DNA of 64,000 nucleotides from Nitrosopumilus sp. (GCA_963667665.2 OY763927.2:96001-160000), one strand, 5' to 3'. Positions 40,020 through 50,501 are shown, numbered from the stretch's first letter. The notes: generated by a model from the letters alone, not told the origin. A program made the numbers and translations.

Positions 40020-41201
40020 TTGGCTGACTTATGTTTAAATAATGCAAACAGACTTTTTCTCATAATGGTTGGAATCGATCAAGTTCTTGAAAAACTCAGC
40101 ACCGTCATTGATCCTGATTTGAAAAAAGATATCGTATCGATGGGTATGATAAAAGACCTAGAACTAAATGATGGTAATCTGAAATTTACTTTAGAGCTAA
40201 CTACTCCGGCATGTCCTTTCAATGTAGAAATTGAAGAAGATGTTAGAAAAGCAATCGGTGAAATTTCTGAGCTGAAAGATTTTGATATGAAAGTAACTGC
40301 CAAAGTAATGGAAGGACGTTCACTTGATGCAGATACTGGAATGGCAACTGTCAAAAATATTATTGGTGTTGCAAGTGGAAAAGGAGGAGTAGGAAAATCA
40401 ACTGTTTCATTGAATTTAGCTTTGGCATTATCTCAAACAGGAGCTAAAGTTGGATTATTAGATGCTGATATCTATGGTCCTAGTATTCCATTGATGCTTG
40501 GAATGAAAGATGCATTCATGGAAGTAGAAGAAAATAAACTTCAACCTGCTGAATCAAATGGACTAAAAGTTGTTTCATTTGGTTTCTTTGCAGAACAATC
40601 ACACCAAGCAGCAATTTATCGTGGTCCAATTATATCGGGAATCCTAAAACAATTTTTAGTTGATACTAATTGGGCTGATTTAGATTATCTTATTGTAGAT
40701 CTTCCACCAGGTACTGGTGATATTCCTTTAACACTTGCACAAACAATTCCAATTACCGGAATTCTAGTTGTTACAACTCCACAAGATGTTGCAAGTAATG
40801 TTGCAGTAAAAGCAGTTGGAATGTTTGAAAAACTAAATGTCCCACTTCTTGGAGTTGTTGAAAACATGAGTCACTTTATTTGTCCAAACTGTGATGAGAA
40901 ACATTATATTTTTGGTGAAGGAGGAGCAAAGAAAATTAGTGAACAATTTAACATGCCTTTCTTAGGTGAAATTCCATTAAACTCTGGAATCATGTCTGGT
41001 TCTGATTTAGGTAAACCAATTATGATTACAGATCCTGAATCTCCAGGTGCAGTTGCTTTTAGAAAAAGTGCAAAAAATATTGCAGCACAATGTAGTATTC
41101 AAGCAGCAAAACTACAAGAAGAGATGGCATCTGAAAGTTCTGGTACAGAATCTGAAAGCTCTGAAAAAGAAACAACACCAGAGGTAAGTACTTCTAACTA
41201 G
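40020..41201 (+). CDS. mrp: Mrp/NBP35 (ApbC) Fe-S carrier ATPase with N-terminal DUF59 domain
   Basis: DPDL..DIV, TTPACP, SGKGGVGKST, DLPPGTGD, ENMS..CPNC. Confidence 0.93.
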   Translation: MADLCLNNANRLFLIMVGIDQVLEKLSTVIDPDLKKDIVSMGMIKDLELNDGNLKFTLELTTPACPFNVEIEEDVRKAIGEISELKDFDMKVTAKVMEGRSLDADTGMATVKNIIGVASGKGGVGKSTVSLNLALALSQTGAKVGLLDADIYGPSIPLMLGMKDAFMEVEENKLQPAESNGLKVVSFGFFAEQSHQAAIYRGPIISGILKQFLVDTNWADLDYLIVDLPPGTGDIPLTLAQTIPITGILVVTTPQDVASNVAVKAVGMFEKLNVPLLGVVENMSHFICPNCDEKHYIFGEGGAKKISEQFNMPFLGEIPLNSGIMSGSDLGKPIMITDPESPGAVAFRKSAKNIAAQCSIQAAKLQEEMASESSGTESESSEKETTPEVSTSN

Positions 41202-41212
41202 CCACGATTCCT

Positions 41213-41707
41213 GTGAAATTACCTGATTCTCTAAGAGACCAATTGAAAATTCCTTTAGGAATACTCTTACCTGAAAGTGAAACTGATAAAACAAATATCC
41301 AAAAACATCTTTCAGAAAATTCCTATGTAATTACAGTTGGAGATAGAACCACTGAAAAGATGATTGAGTTTGGTTTGATTCCATCTCTGCAAATAATTGA
41401 TAGTAAGGAAAAAAGATCAAAAAGAGAACCACCAAAACTAGAAAATGCTACTGAATTGACAGTAGATAATCCTGCAGCAGAAATTACTTCTCAAAGTATA
41501 GGCATAATTCAGCAGGCCTTTACTATGCGGCCTCCAGTAAGAATCAATGTTAATGGTGAAGAAGATCTTTTAGTGATACCTGCTTGCGTTTACGCTCCTG
41601 AAAATGCTATAGTTTTGTATGGTCAACCAAATGAAGGATTAGTAATAGTCAAAGTCACTCCAGAAATTCGAAATAAAACACAAAAATTACTTGATTTAAT
41701 GGAATAA
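41213..41707 (+). CDS. GTP-dependent dephospho-CoA kinase (DUF359)
   Basis: LKIPLG, TVGD, DxKxxR, GEEDL, YGQPNEG. Confidence 0.9.
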   Translation: MKLPDSLRDQLKIPLGILLPESETDKTNIQKHLSENSYVITVGDRTTEKMIEFGLIPSLQIIDSKEKRSKREPPKLENATELTVDNPAAEITSQSIGIIQQAFTMRPPVRINVNGEEDLLVIPACVYAPENAIVLYGQPNEGLVIVKVTPEIRNKTQKLLDLME

Positions 41708-41709
41708 TT

Positions 41710-41768
41710 GGGGTGTGATGAGACGGTGGCTGTATGATTAATGATTACTCTACTAAAACTCTGACCCT
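41710..41768 (+). ncRNA. Box C/D methylation-guide sRNA
   Basis: C box GTGATGA 41715-21, 12-nt guide, D' ATGA 41734-37, C' ATGATTA 41741-47, 13-nt guide, D CTGA 41761-64, terminal GGGG/CCCT stem. Confidence 0.88.
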
Positions 41769-41859
41769 GTTAATTCATAATTTTGAAGAATCAAAATAAA
41801 CCAAATATCTCACAACAATTGACATTTCCAAATAAACACATATTTTCTGATATTTCTTT

Positions 41860-42237
41860 GTGAAGCTAGATCCTGATCTTAAACTGCAAATTTTAGAGAA
41901 GGTTGGAATTTATTCTAATAGATTCTCTATTCCTGAACCAAATATCCTGTTTATTACAAAAGAGGTACTTGACATGCCACGTGAAATGACAGAGGGATTA
42001 AGAACATCTGCCTACAAGTATTATGGAGTTTCATATCTTCAACACAATCTGGTTTTCATTAATGTCAGAAAAATCCCAGATGAAAAAACTCTAGAAAACA
42101 CTATTGTTCATGAATTGATCCATATGAGATTTCCATATCTTTCTCATGGTAAAAGATTCAACAAATTGGTAAGGCAAGGACTTGGAGGAAAAACATTTTC
42201 ACCCTACAAAAAAAGAAAAGAAATTTCCCCTCATTGA
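41860..42237 (+). CDS. Small zincin-like (SprT/YgjP-like) protein
   Basis: IVHELIH...HGKRF. Confidence 0.7.
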   Translation: MKLDPDLKLQILEKVGIYSNRFSIPEPNILFITKEVLDMPREMTEGLRTSAYKYYGVSYLQHNLVFINVRKIPDEKTLENTIVHELIHMRFPYLSHGKRFNKLVRQGLGGKTFSPYKKRKEISPH

Positions 42238-42273
42238 TTTATATTTCCTAGACTAAGGCAAGCAAAGTATAAC

Positions 42274-44313
42274 ATGGAGATCCCAGAAATTCTGCCATTT
42301 GTTGCAGGTATTGTATCATTTTTAGTCGCTGGGGGTCTGGTTTTTTGGATTATGAAGCAACCTCCTGGTACAAAAGAAATGACAGATATTTCAGATGCTG
42401 TCAAAGAAGGCGCAGCAGCATTTCTAAAACGTGAAATGAAAATTATAATTCCAGTTGCTATTGCTATGACCATAATTATTGGTGCATTCTTGACTCCTTC
42501 AAACGGAATTGCATTTGCAGTAGGTGCAACACTTTCAGCAGTTGCAGGAATAGTTTCATTAAAAATTACAGTAAAAGCAGCAGTACGAGCTGCAAATTTG
42601 AGTGGTAGTGGATTAGGAAAGACATTTGTTATGGCCTTTAGAGGTGGTGCTACAGTTGGACTTGTAGTTCCTGCTATGGCGCTATTAGCAATTACTGGTC
42701 TTTACATGATTTATCCAGATCCAATCACAATAGCAGGTGTTGGAATTGGTGCTAGTCTTATTGCACTATTCATTAGAATTGGTGGCGGTATCTTTACAAA
42801 GGCTGCAGATATGGGTGCAGATTTAGTAGGAAAAGTTGAGGTAAATATTCCTGAAGATGATCCTAGAAACCCTGCAACTATTGCAGATAATGTAGGAGAT
42901 AATGTTGGAGATGCTGCAGGAATGGGCTCTGATATTTATGAATCTTATATTATTACAGTACTTGCAGCATTACTAATTGCAGCATTAATTGGTGCACCAA
43001 ACTTTTTCCTTTATCCACTTCTAATTGGTTCATCTGGAATGATAGCATCAATTATCGGTGTTGTAATTGTTGGCTCTAAGAATGTTACAGATGTGATGAA
43101 GCCTCTTAATCGTTCATTTTATGTTTCAGCAGTTATTGCAATTGCATTAAACTTTGTATTCATTACACAATTCATCAGTGAATCATCTATATCATATGCT
43201 TTGTTTGGCTCTACAGTAATTGGTGTCATTCTTGTACCAGTAATTCAAAAAATTACAAACTATTACACCAGTTATCAAAAAAGTCCTGTAATAGAAATTG
43301 CAGACTCTGCAAAATGGGGTTATGCATCATTAACACTAATGGGAATTATCAAAGGCATGCAATCAACGGGACCATTCATGATTGCATTAGTTGTTGCAAT
43401 TATAATTTCATACAGTCTCGGATCTGGTGCAGCACCAGAAGGTGAAGACCCAGTACTCTATGGAATCTTTGGAACAGCATTGACTGCAATGGCAATGTTG
43501 AGTCTTGCAGGAATTGTTCTAAGTATTGATGCATTTGGTCCAATTGCAGATAATGCCGGTGGTATTGTTGAGATGACTGGAATGGGTGAAGAAAATCGTA
43601 AAGTCACAGATGAAATTGATGCAGTTGGAAATACTACTAAAGCAGTTACAAAGGGATTTGCTATTGCAAGTGCTGCATTAGCTGCACTTGCCATGATTCA
43701 AGCATTTCAGTTTGAAGCAGCTCATGTCTTTGAGGGTGTATTGGATTTAGATTACAGTTTAACTAATCCTGCAATTATTGTTGGTTTGCTAATTGGTGGG
43801 TTGATTCCATTTATCATTACAGGCCAACTCATTAACGGTGTGTCAAGGGCTGCAGGAAAAATGGTAGATGAAGTAAGACGACAATTCAAAGCAGATGCTG
43901 GAATTCTTGAAGGAACATCAAAACCAGATTATGCTAAATGTGTAGATATTGCTACTGTGGCATCAATTAAAGAACTCTGGAAACCCGCAATTGTTGCAAT
44001 TACTGCTCCAATAATTTTGGGAATATTGTTAGGTCCAACTGCAGTAGCAGGATTATTGATGGGTGCAGTGATTACTGGAATTTTGTTGGCATACCACTTG
44101 GCAAACACTGGTGGTGCATGGGATAATGCAAAGAAACTAATCGAAATGAAAGGAGAAAAAGGCTCTGAAGTACATAAAATTGCAGTTGTAGGTGACATTA
44201 TTGGTGATCCTTACAAAGACACTGCAGGACCTGCACTAAACACTGTCATTAAATTACTAAACACAATTGCTATAGTCTTTGTATCTGCATTTGTTGCAAT
44301 ACTTGCAATCTAA
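42274..44313 (+). CDS. hppA: Membrane-integral pyrophosphatase, K+-independent (H+-pumping) type
   Basis: GGGIFTKAADMGADLVGKVE, DNVGDNVGD, GNTTKA (Lys form). Confidence 0.95.
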   Translation: MEIPEILPFVAGIVSFLVAGGLVFWIMKQPPGTKEMTDISDAVKEGAAAFLKREMKIIIPVAIAMTIIIGAFLTPSNGIAFAVGATLSAVAGIVSLKITVKAAVRAANLSGSGLGKTFVMAFRGGATVGLVVPAMALLAITGLYMIYPDPITIAGVGIGASLIALFIRIGGGIFTKAADMGADLVGKVEVNIPEDDPRNPATIADNVGDNVGDAAGMGSDIYESYIITVLAALLIAALIGAPNFFLYPLLIGSSGMIASIIGVVIVGSKNVTDVMKPLNRSFYVSAVIAIALNFVFITQFISESSISYALFGSTVIGVILVPVIQKITNYYTSYQKSPVIEIADSAKWGYASLTLMGIIKGMQSTGPFMIALVVAIIISYSLGSGAAPEGEDPVLYGIFGTALTAMAMLSLAGIVLSIDAFGPIADNAGGIVEMTGMGEENRKVTDEIDAVGNTTKAVTKGFAIASAALAALAMIQAFQFEAAHVFEGVLDLDYSLTNPAIIVGLLIGGLIPFIITGQLINGVSRAAGKMVDEVRRQFKADAGILEGTSKPDYAKCVDIATVASIKELWKPAIVAITAPIILGILLGPTAVAGLLMGAVITGILLAYHLANTGGAWDNAKKLIEMKGEKGSEVHKIAVVGDIIGDPYKDTAGPALNTVIKLLNTIAIVFVSAFVAILAI

Positions 44314-44498
44314 TCTTTATCTTCAATAAGCAAAGTCATATCTAATTCATCTACTTGAGCTTGAATTGCTTTTTTCAAAGTTTCATTATGTGTATCGCAG
44401 AATTTGAAATAGTCATCTACTGTTAAAAAACAACCACAAATCCATTTTGTTTTCTTGTCACCTTCAATAGTCCACTTTGAATACTTGTGATCTGACAT
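44310..44498 (-). CDS. Small hypothetical protein with CGC...CxxH
   Basis: ATG start, convergent 4-bp overlap with hppA, possible Zn ligands. Confidence 0.6.
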   Translation of the reverse strand: MSDHKYSKWTIEGDKKTKWICGCFLTVDDYFKFCDTHNETLKKAIQAQVDELDMTLLIEDKD

Positions 44499-44553
44499 GT
44501 AATCCTCAATTAATCTAAAAAATATAGTCCTTTTGGAAAAAGGAAAAAAGTGT

Positions 44554-44811
44554 TTAAGGACAGCCTTCCATTTTTTGGATAAAATAGCCTTTTTCCTTAA
44601 TTGCCTGCTCTACAGGCTCTGGTGCGTTTTGTGAATGGCAGAATTGACACTCATTTGTTGTCATCTCTGCATTTTCCTCATTAACTGACTTTAACCACTC
44701 TTTGCCATATGTGAGGGCTTTATCGTGATCTTTTTCACCAGTAATAACGTCAAAGTGCATGGTATGACCATCTTTTGCTTTGACATAGGTATCGTATACA
44801 TGAATTTCCAT
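44554..44811 (-). CDS. DUF2024-family protein
   Basis: VYDTYV...MHFDV...CQFCH. Confidence 0.85.
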   Translation of the reverse strand: MEIHVYDTYVKAKDGHTMHFDVITGEKDHDKALTYGKEWLKSVNEENAEMTTNECQFCHSQNAPEPVEQAIKEKGYFIQKMEGCP

Positions 44812-44859
44812 ACTGTTAGTTAAAAAAAGGGATATTTAATTCAAAGATCATCCAAATTT

Positions 44860-45249
44860 ATGAAACATTCAGTCCAAGTCAAAACTCCAAACGTATCCCT
44901 AATTATTTTAGAATTAGATGATCATAACTCACCCAAAACTGTTAATGACTTTATTGAAAAATTACCTTTTACAGTTGATCTGAATGTCTGGGGTGATGAA
45001 ATCTATACTTCAGAGTCTCCAATTATACAACCCGAAGAAAGTGCAAAGTCACTGGTTCAACTAAATGATGTTGCATATTGGCCTACTGGAAAAGCAATAT
45101 GCTTGTTTTATGGCTCTACCCCTATTGGAAAACCAGGGGAAATTACTCCTGCATCTCCTGTGAATATACTTGGCAAAATTATTTCTCCAGACAAATCTGT
45201 TCTAAATAACGTAGATGGTAAAAGTGCCACTTTTAGCTTAAAATCTTGA
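44860..45249 (+). CDS. Cyclophilin-like (DUF369) protein
   Basis: WGDEIY, DVAYWPTGKAICLFYG.TP. Confidence 0.85.
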   Translation: MKHSVQVKTPNVSLIILELDDHNSPKTVNDFIEKLPFTVDLNVWGDEIYTSESPIIQPEESAKSLVQLNDVAYWPTGKAICLFYGSTPIGKPGEITPASPVNILGKIISPDKSVLNNVDGKSATFSLKS

Positions 45250-45250
45250 A

Positions 45251-45643
45251 TTATTTCTCTTCAATTGGAATTTCTATAATATCTGATTCAAGAAAGTATG
45301 CTTTGAAATCCTTGTTAATCCCAGAGTAAATTATCCATACTACAGGGTTACTGTCCATGAATTTTTTGTCTGTATTTGATGGGTATGCATCTGAATTAGG
45401 ATGCGAATGAAATATGCCAATCACTTGTACCTTTTTTTCTTCTGCAATCTTGTATACTTCAATTAGTTGTTCATTTGAAATTGTAAAATTTACTGATGAC
45501 TCGTCAATGTTTTTAGTTAAAAATACTTCAGAGACCAGATTATCTTTTCCAAATAGTATTGCACATGATTCATTGGGTTTTTCATTTTCTGCGTGTTTAG
45601 TTAGAATTTTTTTATCTGATTCTGATAAAATGATTTTCTGCAA
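45251..45643 (-). CDS. JAMM/MPN+ metalloprotease (desampylase-like)
   Basis: PNESC, FHSHP....PS..D. Confidence 0.9.
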   Translation of the reverse strand: MQKIILSESDKKILTKHAENEKPNESCAILFGKDNLVSEVFLTKNIDESSVNFTISNEQLIEVYKIAEEKKVQVIGIFHSHPNSDAYPSNTDKKFMDSNPVVWIIYSGINKDFKAYFLESDIIEIPIEEK

Positions 45644-45645
45644 CT

Positions 45646-46749
45646 CTATTCTACGTTAACAGTTCCAAGCATCCATGGATGAAATGTACAATAATAATCC
45701 TGACTTCCTACTTCAGTAAATGTAAATTCATACATGTCACCTACTGCCATCATTTCTGAATCAAATAATCCATTTGCTCCTCCTGTAGGATCACCTGAAG
45801 TTGCAGTATGTATTGTGCTATCTAGATTTTCCCATACTACTGTTGTTCCAACTGTTACATCAATTACTTGAGGATCAAAATAGATTTGCCCATCTTCTGG
45901 AATTTCTGCTCCTTCAGGAATTCCTGCTCCTTCAGGAATTCCTACCTTGACTGGTTCTTTTGGTTCTTCAATGACTAATGTTGCAACCGCCCAATGATGT
46001 ACAATACACAAATATCCATATTCTCCTGCTGCTAAATTAGTTGTATCCAAACTAAAGACATCCCCTTCACTCATTAAACCAGAATCAAATGTTTCTCCAA
46101 AGTCTACTGCACTAGTTACTGTATGTGTTACTGTATCTTCATTAGTCCATTCAACTGTATATCCTTGCGTAACAACTGCTATATCTGGCGTGTAATCTGG
46201 ATTTCCTTCTTCAAATGAATCTTTTAAAATTTGAATTGCAAAGATTGGTCCTGTTGGTGTAACTTCAACATGTTCTTCAACTTGTTGTGGAATCATGTAT
46301 GTATCAGGACTTACAAATCCAAATGCAAACCACATGATAATCCCAGTAGCTGCTGCCATTGCAACAATGGATCCAACTGGTTTTACTATACTTGGATGCT
46401 TCATTGCAAGATATGCTATGATGATTGCAGGGAATCCAATTGCCATTAAAAGTCCTGCTAGTGTAACTGTAAAGGCTGATGTGTTGTTAATTGCCAAAGC
46501 ATACATTCCAAACGATAATGAAATTCCCAAAACTACCAAAGTTGTTGCCTTTGCTTTGTTACTAGTTGAAATTCCTCCATCTAAGATACCTACTGCTAAG
46601 AAAATCAATCCTACAAACATGACAAGTCCGCTTAGGGCATGTAAACCATCAATGAATGTATGTGCAATACCTGCATAAGATAACACAACGCCAGCTAAGC
46701 CTATGGCTGTTAATCCCATTCCTGGCATCATGAGGTCCCAATTACTCAT
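45646..46749 (-). CDS. Multi-TM protein with two C-terminal cupredoxin domains
   Basis: About 5 TM helices; HTVT...CIVHHWA and HTAT...CTFHPWM. Confidence 0.88.
   Translation of the reverse strand: MSNWDLMMPGMGLTAIGLAGVVLSYAGIAHTFIDGLHALSGLVMFVGLIFLAVGILDGGISTSNKAKATTLVVLGISLSFGMYALAINNTSAFTVTLAGLLMAIGFPAIIIAYLAMKHPSIVKPVGSIVAMAAATGIIMWFAFGFVSPDTYMIPQQVEEHVEVTPTGPIFAIQILKDSFEEGNPDYTPDIAVVTQGYTVEWTNEDTVTHTVTSAVDFGETFDSGLMSEGDVFSLDTTNLAAGEYGYLCIVHHWAVATLVIEEPKEPVKVGIPEGAGIPEGAEIPEDGQIYFDPQVIDVTVGTTVVWENLDSTIHTATSGDPTGGANGLFDSEMMAVGDMYEFTFTEVGSQDYYCTFHPWMLGTVNVE
45899..45943 (-). repeat. 18-bp tandem repeat (IPEGAG/IPEGAE) at the start of cupredoxin domain 2
   Basis: GGAATT(T/C)CTGCTCCTTCA at 45899 and 45917 plus partial. 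Confidence 0.85.
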
Positions 46750-46847
46750 TCAAGATAGATGATAGGACTGAGATACTTATTCCTTTTGAAACATTATAGA
46801 TCGTATAGACGAAGAAATTAAATGGCTTTGGACTAGGATAGAGTGAA

Positions 46848-47735
46848 TTGGGATTTAATGAAATAATGGAGATATCCAAACCCCGGATAGTTGTTCTTCT
46901 AGTTATTACTGCAGTAACTTCCATGTATGCCGCAAGTAAACTAGTCGATGGTGTTCCTGAACTTGATTATTGGTCATATTTGCACATAATTATTGCAGGA
47001 ACATTAGCATCTGCAGGATCTAGTGCACTAAATCACTATTATGACAAAGACATTGATCCAAAAATGAAGCGAACTAGTACAAGACCTATTCCATCTGGAA
47101 GAATGTCAGCATCTAATGTTTTGATTTATGGCGTTGTTGTGAGCTGCATATCTGTAATCTATGGATTTTTTGCATTAAATGCAGTTACTGCTTTCTTTAT
47201 TGCAGTAGGAATTTTCTCTTATGTTATAATTTACACAGTCTGGCTGAAACGTCGAAACTCTTCAAACATTGTAATTGGAGGAATTGCTGGTAGTGCTGCT
47301 GCTTGGGCTGGTTGGGCTGCAGCCACTGGTAGTATGGATTTGTTAGGATTCTTAGTTGGTTTCTTGGTCTTTGTTTGGACTCCTTCTCACTTTTGGTGTC
47401 TTGCAATGAAAATTAAAGATGAATATGAACAAGCAGGAGTTCCAATGTTGCCTGTTGTAATTGGTATGCAAAAAACATCAAAGTTCATTTTAGGAAACAC
47501 AATAATTTTAGTTCCTTATTCTTTGATACTTTCATTTATTCCCGATGGAATGGGAGTTGTTTATACCGTAATTGCACTAATCTCTGGTGGATTAATGCTT
47601 GTATATCATTACAAATTAACAAAGAATCCTACATCTGAATTTGCTTGGAAAGCATACAAAGTTACAGCACCATATCTTACAATAATTTTTGTAGCAGTTG
47701 CATTAGATGCAGCATTCCATATGCCTTTATTCTAA
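46848..47735 (+). CDS. ctaB: Protoheme IX farnesyltransferase (heme o synthase)
   Basis: KPRIV, DIDPKMKRTSTRPIPSG, WTPSHFW, AGVPMLP. Confidence 0.95.
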   Translation: MGFNEIMEISKPRIVVLLVITAVTSMYAASKLVDGVPELDYWSYLHIIIAGTLASAGSSALNHYYDKDIDPKMKRTSTRPIPSGRMSASNVLIYGVVVSCISVIYGFFALNAVTAFFIAVGIFSYVIIYTVWLKRRNSSNIVIGGIAGSAAAWAGWAAATGSMDLLGFLVGFLVFVWTPSHFWCLAMKIKDEYEQAGVPMLPVVIGMQKTSKFILGNTIILVPYSLILSFIPDGMGVVYTVIALISGGLMLVYHYKLTKNPTSEFAWKAYKVTAPYLTIIFVAVALDAAFHMPLF

Positions 47736-47739
47736 AAAA

Positions 47740-48036
47740 TTATTTTTCAAAACCTGGGAAACTTGCTTCGTAATCTTTTTCCATTGCTTCCCTGTTTTGT
47801 TCTTCAACTTTGTTTATCTCTTTTTCAACAACGACAACTTCTATTCTACGCTCCTCTTTTGTAATCCATATTACAGTAATGAGTCCAAGAATCTCTAAAT
47901 CCAAAAGTACTTTGTTGAATTTGTCTTCAGGAAGTACATATCCTTCTTTTACTAAGATTTTAAAAAGCTTAACATCCGTTAACGAATTTGCTTCCTTAAT
48001 CTTATCATATACTGTATTTCGTAGTGGAATTGCCAT
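47740..48036 (-). CDS. Hypothetical protein, winged-helix-like, co-transcribed with cdc48
   Basis: FNKVLLDLEILGLITV helix-wing pattern; 2-bp gap to cdc48. Confidence 0.7.
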   Translation of the reverse strand: MAIPLRNTVYDKIKEANSLTDVKLFKILVKEGYVLPEDKFNKVLLDLEILGLITVIWITKEERRIEVVVVEKEINKVEEQNREAMEKDYEASFPGFEK

Positions 48037-48038
48037 TT

Positions 48039-50207
48039 TTATCCGTAGAATGTTTTATCTCCTGACTTGGGTACCACGTTAGATATACTTTCTCTTACCG
48101 TGTTATACCATTGATCAACTTCTTTAGTAATAGATGGCCTAACTTTCTTCAAACTATTTGCAAAGTCTTGGCTTGAAATTTTTGCTGAACTGCTTCTCAT
48201 TGCTAAAACTGCTGCTTCTCTACAAAGTGCTGCTAAATCAGCACCTGTATAATTTTGCGTGGCTATTGCAATCTCTTGTAATTTAACATCATTTACCAAT
48301 GGCATCTTTTTTGTTAAAATTTTGATAATCTCTAGTCGTCCTTTTTCATCTGGAGGTTCTACATATAGGACTAAATCCAGCCTTCCTGTTCTAAGCAAGG
48401 AATTATCTAAAATGTCTGGTCTGTTTGTAATTCCAATAACTACTACTCGTGCAGAAATACCTTCTTCGATTTCTGTTAGCAATTGACTTAGAACATTTTC
48501 ACTTGCTCCGCTGTCTCCTGTTCTGTTCCGTGCTAGTGAGTCTAGTTCATCAAAGATTACTACACATGGTGCTGCTGCTTTTGCTTTTCTAAATATCTCT
48601 CTAACAGCTTTTTCAGATTCTCCTATCCATTTTGAAAGAATTTCAGGTCCTCTAACTAAAATCATATTTGCGCCAGTTTCAGTTGCAAGTGCTCGTCCAA
48701 GAAGTGTTTTACCACATCCTGGAGGTCCATAAATCAAAGCTCCTCTTGGTGGTCTGATTCCCATCTTTGTGAATTTCTTTGGCTCTTTCATTGCTATAAT
48801 GAGATTGTCTGTTAATGCTTTTTTGACATCATCTAGTCCTCCTACATCTTTCCACCACACTTTTGGTCTTTCAACATAAAATTCTCTCATCGCTGTAGGG
48901 ACCACTTCATGCATTGCATCATAAAAGTCGATTAACTTGATCTGCATTGATTGTAATACTTCAGATGGAATCTTTTCTGTTTCAAGATCTATGTCCGGCA
49001 GGTACCTTCTAATTGATTTCATTGCAGCTTCCCTGCAAAGTGATTTAATGTCTGCACCAGTATATCCATGCAGTTCTGAACTCAAATCTTTTAGATCAAT
49101 GTCCTCGTTTAATGGCATTCCTCTAGTGTGAATTAAAAGAATCTCTAGTCTTCCATCATCATTAGGTACCGATATCTCAAATTCTCTATCAAATCTACCT
49201 GGTCTTCTTAGTGCAGGATCAACACTGTCTGGTCTATTTGTGGCTCCAAGTACAATGACATTTCCTCTGTCATCAAGACCATCCATTAATGCTAATAATT
49301 GAGCAACAACTCTTTTTTCAACATCACCGTAAGCTTCTTCTCTTTTTGGTGCAATTGCATCAATCTCATCAATGAATATTATACTTGGGGAATTGTCTTT
49401 AGCTTCTTTGAAAATATCTCTTAGCTTTGCTTCTGTTTCACCATAATACTTGTTCATAATTTCTGGACCGTTAATAGGAAACATGTTGGCTTCTGATTCA
49501 CTGGCAATAACTTTTGCAAGTAATGTCTTTCCACATCCCGGAGGACCATAAAGTAAAATTCCACTATGTGGTTCAATTCCTAATCGTACAAACAATTCTG
49601 GATGCTTTAGTGGAAGCTCTACAATCTCTCTCATTGCTTTAACTTCTTGTCTTAGTCCACCAACTTCTTCATAAGTTACTCTAACTTTTCTATCAACTGC
49701 AGTTTCTGTAGAAATGACAAGAGTTGTGGAACGATCCATCTTGACTACTCCTTTTGGAGTAGTCTTTGTAATTTTAAAGTCCATGGAATTTCCTAAAATC
49801 ATTACAGAAATTTCATCACCATGTGTAATTGGCAATCCCTTCAATCTATTTTTAACAAAATCTGTAAATTCTTTGTCAACTGTAACTGAATCATTTACTG
49901 GTATCAGGGAAACTGATTTTGCAAATTTTGTTGCCACTTTTCTAATTTTTACGATATCATTTAGTGAGCCACCAACATTTTTTCTTGTTTGTCCATCAAC
50001 TCTTATGATGTCTGGAAACTTTTCATCTTCATCAACTGGCCATACAACTGCACAACTAGATCTTGAACCCATTACTTCAATAATATCACCGGGAGTAACT
50101 TTGAGAAAATCCATGGCTTCAGGTCCAATTCTAGCCCGTTTTTTACCTACATCTCTTTGCTTTGCTTCTCCAATTCGCATTTGCAAAGGCTCTTCTTTGC
50201 GTACCAA
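48039..50207 (-). CDS. cdc48: CDC48/VCP AAA+ ATPase
   Basis: N-domain, two GPPGCGKT Walker A motifs, RPGRFD/RTGRLD, C-terminal FYG (HbYX). Confidence 0.96.
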   Translation of the reverse strand: MVRKEEPLQMRIGEAKQRDVGKKRARIGPEAMDFLKVTPGDIIEVMGSRSSCAVVWPVDEDEKFPDIIRVDGQTRKNVGGSLNDIVKIRKVATKFAKSVSLIPVNDSVTVDKEFTDFVKNRLKGLPITHGDEISVMILGNSMDFKITKTTPKGVVKMDRSTTLVISTETAVDRKVRVTYEEVGGLRQEVKAMREIVELPLKHPELFVRLGIEPHSGILLYGPPGCGKTLLAKVIASESEANMFPINGPEIMNKYYGETEAKLRDIFKEAKDNSPSIIFIDEIDAIAPKREEAYGDVEKRVVAQLLALMDGLDDRGNVIVLGATNRPDSVDPALRRPGRFDREFEISVPNDDGRLEILLIHTRGMPLNEDIDLKDLSSELHGYTGADIKSLCREAAMKSIRRYLPDIDLETEKIPSEVLQSMQIKLIDFYDAMHEVVPTAMREFYVERPKVWWKDVGGLDDVKKALTDNLIIAMKEPKKFTKMGIRPPRGALIYGPPGCGKTLLGRALATETGANMILVRGPEILSKWIGESEKAVREIFRKAKAAAPCVVIFDELDSLARNRTGDSGASENVLSQLLTEIEEGISARVVVIGITNRPDILDNSLLRTGRLDLVLYVEPPDEKGRLEIIKILTKKMPLVNDVKLQEIAIATQNYTGADLAALCREAAVLAMRSSSAKISSQDFANSLKKVRPSITKEVDQWYNTVRESISNVVPKSGDKTFYG

Positions 50208-50215
50208 AAAATCAC

Positions 50216-50497
50216 CTATTTCATGTCAACTGACATTCTGCTCATATTGAGAACTTCAAATTCACTGACGCCCTCAGTTTCTTTAACAGAATTTTCTAAT
50301 GCATCCATTTGTCCTTCTTTGTCTTCTAAAACAAATTCTGCCTTTAGAAATTCTAATCCAAAAGCTAATGGTTCTTTGAGATGTCTTTTCATTGTAATTC
50401 CTTCTTTTAGTGATGACTTGATAGATTCTGCTAATTTGTCTAGGTCTACTTCAATATCCTTAGGAAGAATTTTTGTAATTAGTAGTAACTGTGCCAT
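50216..50497 (-). CDS. ef1b: Elongation factor 1-beta
   Basis: KILP....[13 protein letters not shown]. Confidence 0.92.
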   Translation of the reverse strand: MAQLLLITKILPKDIEVDLDKLAESIKSSLKEGITMKRHLKEPLAFGLEFLKAEFVLEDKEGQMDALENSVKETEGVSEFEVLNMSRMSVDMK

Positions 50498-50501
50498 TTT
50501 T

